Source: Lama glama
Taxonomy: Eukaryota
Direction: 5' to 3'
DNA: 64,000 bases
Assembly: GCA_028534125.1 (NCBI GenBank)
Contig: CM052825.1
Coordinates: 25,978,001 to 26,042,000, forward strand
Of the stretch, positions 59,501-64,000 are shown one piece after another; position 1 is the stretch's first letter, and every line of letters begins with the position of its first letter. The notes beneath the pieces are model-generated. The model did not search any database, was not told the DNA's origin, and saw only the letters and a list, made by a program, of their open reading frames with translations. The position numbers and the translations under genes were made by a program.

Positions 59501-62500
59501 TGAGGTAACAAATGCAGATCCCAAAGTTACACAGAGGGCAGTATTCTAAAAATACAAATATAAATACACCGCTCAAAAAAGGTTTCCATGGATGTGACCA
59601 CACATTGAAGGGCTGCATGGGGAATCATTTCTTTCTTATGCTTCCTATGTAATGTTTAAAACCTCAAGCAAATGAGGAGAAGCCTATCTCTTGGGTTCAG
59701 GCTCCAACCACATCCCAAGTCTGCTGGGGAGCCCCTGGTTGCCCCTCCTGTCTAGCAACAGTCTCTGTCCAGCACCACCACCCAAGTCTGACAGGTTAGG
59801 GTGACAAAGGAGTCACCAGGGGAAGGACACACACAGAGCTGATCACACTGCTGGCAGGGACCAAAATGTTCATGGACTTGGCAGGGGAAAATAGCTGTGG
59901 CAGACCACAAGCAGGATGGCTGAGAAACCAAAATGAGGCTCCTGATTAGCAGGATCACCCCTTCAGGACTCCAGAGTCAGCTGTGTGTCTCAAAGAGGCA
60001 GAAGGAGGGGCAGATAGATTGTCACTATATATATACAGACACACACATATGTATATATATATTTTTTTCCTTTTTTTGGCTCAGGTTTTTAAAAGTTAGT
60101 AAGACTCTAGGGCACTTACTAACTTTTACAATAGAATAAATAGAAGCTACTCCCCCAACCACCTACCCTGTAGCTCTCCAGGAATCACCTGCTACTCACT
60201 TTCGAGTGTTTCCCAGGCATTTCCTAACACAGACAGGGTCATGGTGCAAACTACCCAACACCCCCAGGACTCTTTCCTAACAGTGGCCTGCACCTTGACC
60301 CAGGCTAATTAGATGGTACAGCTGCTGGCTCTCTGGTAATGGACCCAGTATTATTACCGCTGAGCATATACAACTCAAGCTGTAAGAGAAATTCCTCAGA
60401 CATAGAATTTGGGCCTAGAAGTAGGTGCCCTTATTGTTGCCAAGGCGATTGATGAGCTACAGTTTATATACCAGAAAATGCAGACTTTAGGTTCGATGAA
60501 TTTGGGCAAATGTCCTGGAACTATCATCCCAATCAAGGCACAGAGGTGTCATTTTTTATTAAATTTACTTTGGAATGTGTCATGCACTTATGTAGTCAAG
60601 CTTCCAAGGAACAAGAGGCTGTGGCTGGAAGCATCTGCCCCATAAGCACCAGGCCCTGCCCAGAAGCACACACACTGGAAAGGGGAGTGCACGCCCCATA
60701 CCTGGCGGGGACAAGTGGCTACTGGTACCCTGGTCAGCACCCACCTGATGCTCAGCACGCACCAGACCATTCTCATGTGAACCTAAAACCCATTTTCAGA
60801 AAACTGATCCATCCTGCTCCCTCCAAGAAAGAGACAAGTGCCTGGCCAAACTCTTCCTGGTACTGGTCCGGCTGACCCCAAACCCCCAACTAAACAGAAT
60901 GTTGCCCACCCCTGGCTCCCTCCACACACCCAGCCTGGGGGAACCGCACAGGGGCTGGCTCTCCCGCAGCAGTAGTAAAAGCCACAAGACAGTCCTGTGT
61001 AGCACAGGCGACAGCAGCCAGGAGTTGGCTGGTGGCTTTTGTGACCTGGATCCTGAGGGACTGACTGCAAGGCCTCTCTGGTCTTCACTGAGGGTGGGAG
61101 GGTGACAGGAAATACAAAACCTGACTTGGAAAGAAGGTTTTGCTAGTCTGTATGGTCAGGGGCTTTGCAAAGCCCCTTGCTGAAAGATCTGGGAAACACC
61201 TTCACCTCCACTGCCACCTGCCAAGCAGGATGGAAACGGATGGCCAAGCACTGATAATGCAGTAGAGGACCCAAGGAAACCCAGCCCCACCCCCAACCCC
61301 AGGCCTGAGATGTGCACTCGGGCTCCTCCAGCAAATGTCCTGAGGAACTACCATTCCAATCAAGGCACAGAGGTGTCTTGTCGCTTTTGGGCTCCTCCAG
61401 CCCAGAAGCGACAAGAACCTCCAGAATGAGCACAGAATTCGGCATAAGCAAGGATGCAAGGATGCATACACACCAACTGTCCTGGCTGCTTTGGACAGAA
61501 TGTGGACGTGGTAACAGTATCCCTTCCCCAAAGTGTGTGCTCTGGCCATTGCCCAGGCTGTCAGATGTGTCCTCTGTCAGTCCCCGGTCCACTCTGCATT
61601 TACACTCAAAGCAAGCGGACAGCTGAGCCCACTTAGGTTTAATCTCCCAGGGCCTTTCTCAATATTTCCTAATCACCCTCTGTTATCATAACCCAAGGTA
61701 ACTACTCCCCTTATCTCTTCATTTTTCATTATAAAAGTTAACAGGTGTATCGCAGAAAAACTGAGAAATATTCAAAATCAAAGGGAAGACAACAGAACTT
61801 ATCAGTGGTCCAGAGATAATGGATACCACCCCTCAGAATTTAGCTTTCTCACCTCCTTGTATGTATAAATTCATGCACGCAGTCCCTCCTTTACAAAAAG
61901 AGGGCCCGTGGGACACACACCTTGGCACATGAGCTCTCCCATGTGTCTTCTGAGGACACTGGGCTGTGAGGAAGTTCTCCTTACTCAATCTCACATCTGG
62001 TGCAATCTGCACCCTGAGCACTTCTGTCTTTCTGATCATTTAAGATCAGCTGTTCCAGGTGGAAGTGCCAGGTTAAGCACCAGCTCCAAAGGCTCCTGAT
62101 ACTGGGCACACACTGAGGGATGGAGCTGGTGGACAGGCAGCACCATCGTCCACACCTCTGCAGGAGCTCCCAGGATGGAGCCGCCAAGCCTAGTACAAGT
62201 CTCCCCGGCCTCTCGCCACATCTGAGAGGCTCTGGCTCAGGAAGGCCCTGGGGAAAGGCTGGTAACATCAACACCTAAGCATACTGAGTCCAAGCCCTAC
62301 TGCAGACTTTTGCCTGGTTCCTGCCCAGGTTCCATGGAGCAGAAAGAACAGCAAGATGGAGAGGTGCCTGGGCATCTGCAGATGTCATCGATTCCTGCTC
62401 ACAAAGCCCTAACCAGGCTGCCCCCGTTCCTGCTGAGTGCATCCCTACACAGCCCCATAGGCCCAAATGCCTCCTCCTCACACAAGTGTGATCCTGGCAG

Positions 62501-63980
62501 ATCATCCCACCTAGGGGGCAGGGCTGGGCAGGGCTGACTGCGGGGGTCTCCACAGCAATTCCAGAAGCTGTAGGCCCACCCTGTGTCACAGGCAGGACTG
62601 GTCCCCAGACCCTGCATGTTGGAGCAGTGAGTCTACAGCGGGTCTGTTCACACAATTGCTTCATGCCCTCCCTCCAGGGACGAATCACCCACAGATTCGG
62701 TCAGCACACAAGTATGCCGTGGGGGGCCCAGGAGACACAAAGAGGGACGAGCAAATCCCCACACGCCCCTCAGTCCTCACATACCCAAGCAAGTCCCCAC
62801 ACCCCAAGCAAACCCCCACATTCCTCAGTGAGCCCCCTGGGACAGCCTCCATCTCTGGCTCCCTGCCGACAACCTGCCCGCCTAGGACCTGCAGTAATCC
62901 CTCCCAGCCCTTCCCACTGCGAGTGGCTTGGACTCAAAGTCCCCGCAGCCTGATTAGTGATCCAGCCCAGCTGGCCCTGGGAGCCCTTGCCCTGAGACCA
63001 ACCTGGCTTCCCCAGCAGCCTCCTCACTCACTCAGCAAGTGGAGAAGTCACCTCGACTGAACCAGGTGATGGGGGACATCTCTACAGTATGGGGTCCCAG
63101 CACACCTCCTGCAGCAGCTCTGGGCAGTGGGGGCCACAGGAGCCCGTGAAGACACAGAGCTGGCTGTGGGGCCCTGGCACCCTCTGACAGCTGAGGCCCC
63201 TCCATTAGAGGGCAAACTTGTTTGGGCTCTTGGATGGAAGCCTAATGTTCAAATATCAAAACTTCTTGGGAAAGAATCCTGCAAGTGGGGTATCAGGTGG
63301 CCAACATGCATAAGGAGAGTGGCCCTACTGGAGAACAGCCCTGGCAGCACCCCTGGTCTTACCTGTGCGCCCCTGGAGTAGGACCTGAAGATGGTGCAGA
63401 ACCTGCCCTGGCCCGACGTGTCCCTGAAACAAAGGAGGATTGGGGATACAGCCCGAGGGACCCCAGCATGCACCGTGTGATCCCTGCAAGGCACTCGCCA
63501 CCCATTCCTGTCCCACTCTGTGGGCCTGGGCACTCTGGAAGACTGCCCTGCGGGACTGGAGAACCTTAAACCTGTGCAAATTTACATCTTGACTTTGAGG
63601 CTCTGGAAATGCCCTTAACGTGGAGCTTAGCAAAGGCTGTGGAGATAGGGCCAGGGCCCCTGTGGAAATGAGTCTTTAAGGGCAAAAGGGAGCTAAGCTC
63701 TGTCAAGACAAGCAGCCCCAGACTGTCTGGGTCCTGCACCGCACTCCACTTCACATTCGCACAGGGGCGGTGTTAACAGCTACTCTAAGGGACACGTAAA
63801 TGGGGTCCTTTCTGCTTCTTTAAGGATTCCCAACTTACTTTGCCAGCCATCCTGGCCCCACACAACAACTGAAGTGCAGTAGCCCCGCCCCGGGCACCTA
63901 GGTTGCACCACAGACTCACCAGAGCTCCAGCTTGACCCGCCGGCCGTCCAGAAGGATGGTGGTGGTCTTGTAGTCGATCC
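56590..63980 (-). CDS. RAB40C: Ras-related protein Rab-40C, 3' portion (exons 63920-63980, 63363-63423, 57964-58041, 57451-57673, 56590-56870); exon 1 outside the window
   Basis: [21 protein letters not shown] / [20 protein letters not shown] / [18 protein letters not shown]; SOCS box [12 protein letters not shown]; C-terminal CAAX CKIS*. Confidence 0.97.
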
Positions 63981-64000
63981 CTGCAAGGAAGCAGAGGGCA

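Noticed and set aside
60024-60070. (TA)n/(CA)n tract
   Set aside because: Ordinary short intronic microsatellite

Overview
Mammalian, GC-rich, gene-dense genomic DNA syntenic with human 16p13.3. It is probably a laurasiatherian/cetartiodactyl: I saw no Alu, B1 or BovA-type SINEs, and the young L1 3' ends look camelid-like, which is a tentative inference. Gene order: WDR24 (3' part, +), JMJD8 (+), STUB1 (-, start codon in an N gap), an extra 5-exon gene (+), RHBDL1 (-), RHOT2 (-), WDR90 (-), MCRIP2 (-), tRNA-Gly-CCC (+), METTL26 (+, disrupted), WFIKKN1 (-), RAB40C (3' part, -). Main observation: a spliced gene at 7200-8476 lies head-to-head with STUB1 on a shared CpG island, where human has only a divergent non-coding transcript annotation. 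It encodes a helix-hairpin-helix DNA-glycosylase-fold protein (Amun/zgc:112496-like) with a C-terminal NLS, and here it carries an in-frame TAG in the last exon that removes the NLS. Also notable: METTL26 has a 1-bp frameshift plus two further lesions, WDR90 has a symmetric candidate exon with an in-frame stop, three GC-AG introns occur in RHOT2/WDR90, the WDR90 promoter has tandem RFX and 4x E-box motifs, and an L1 fragment is inserted into the tRNA terminator. Exon coordinates were derived by hand and gene identities come from recalled protein sequences; no database search was run.
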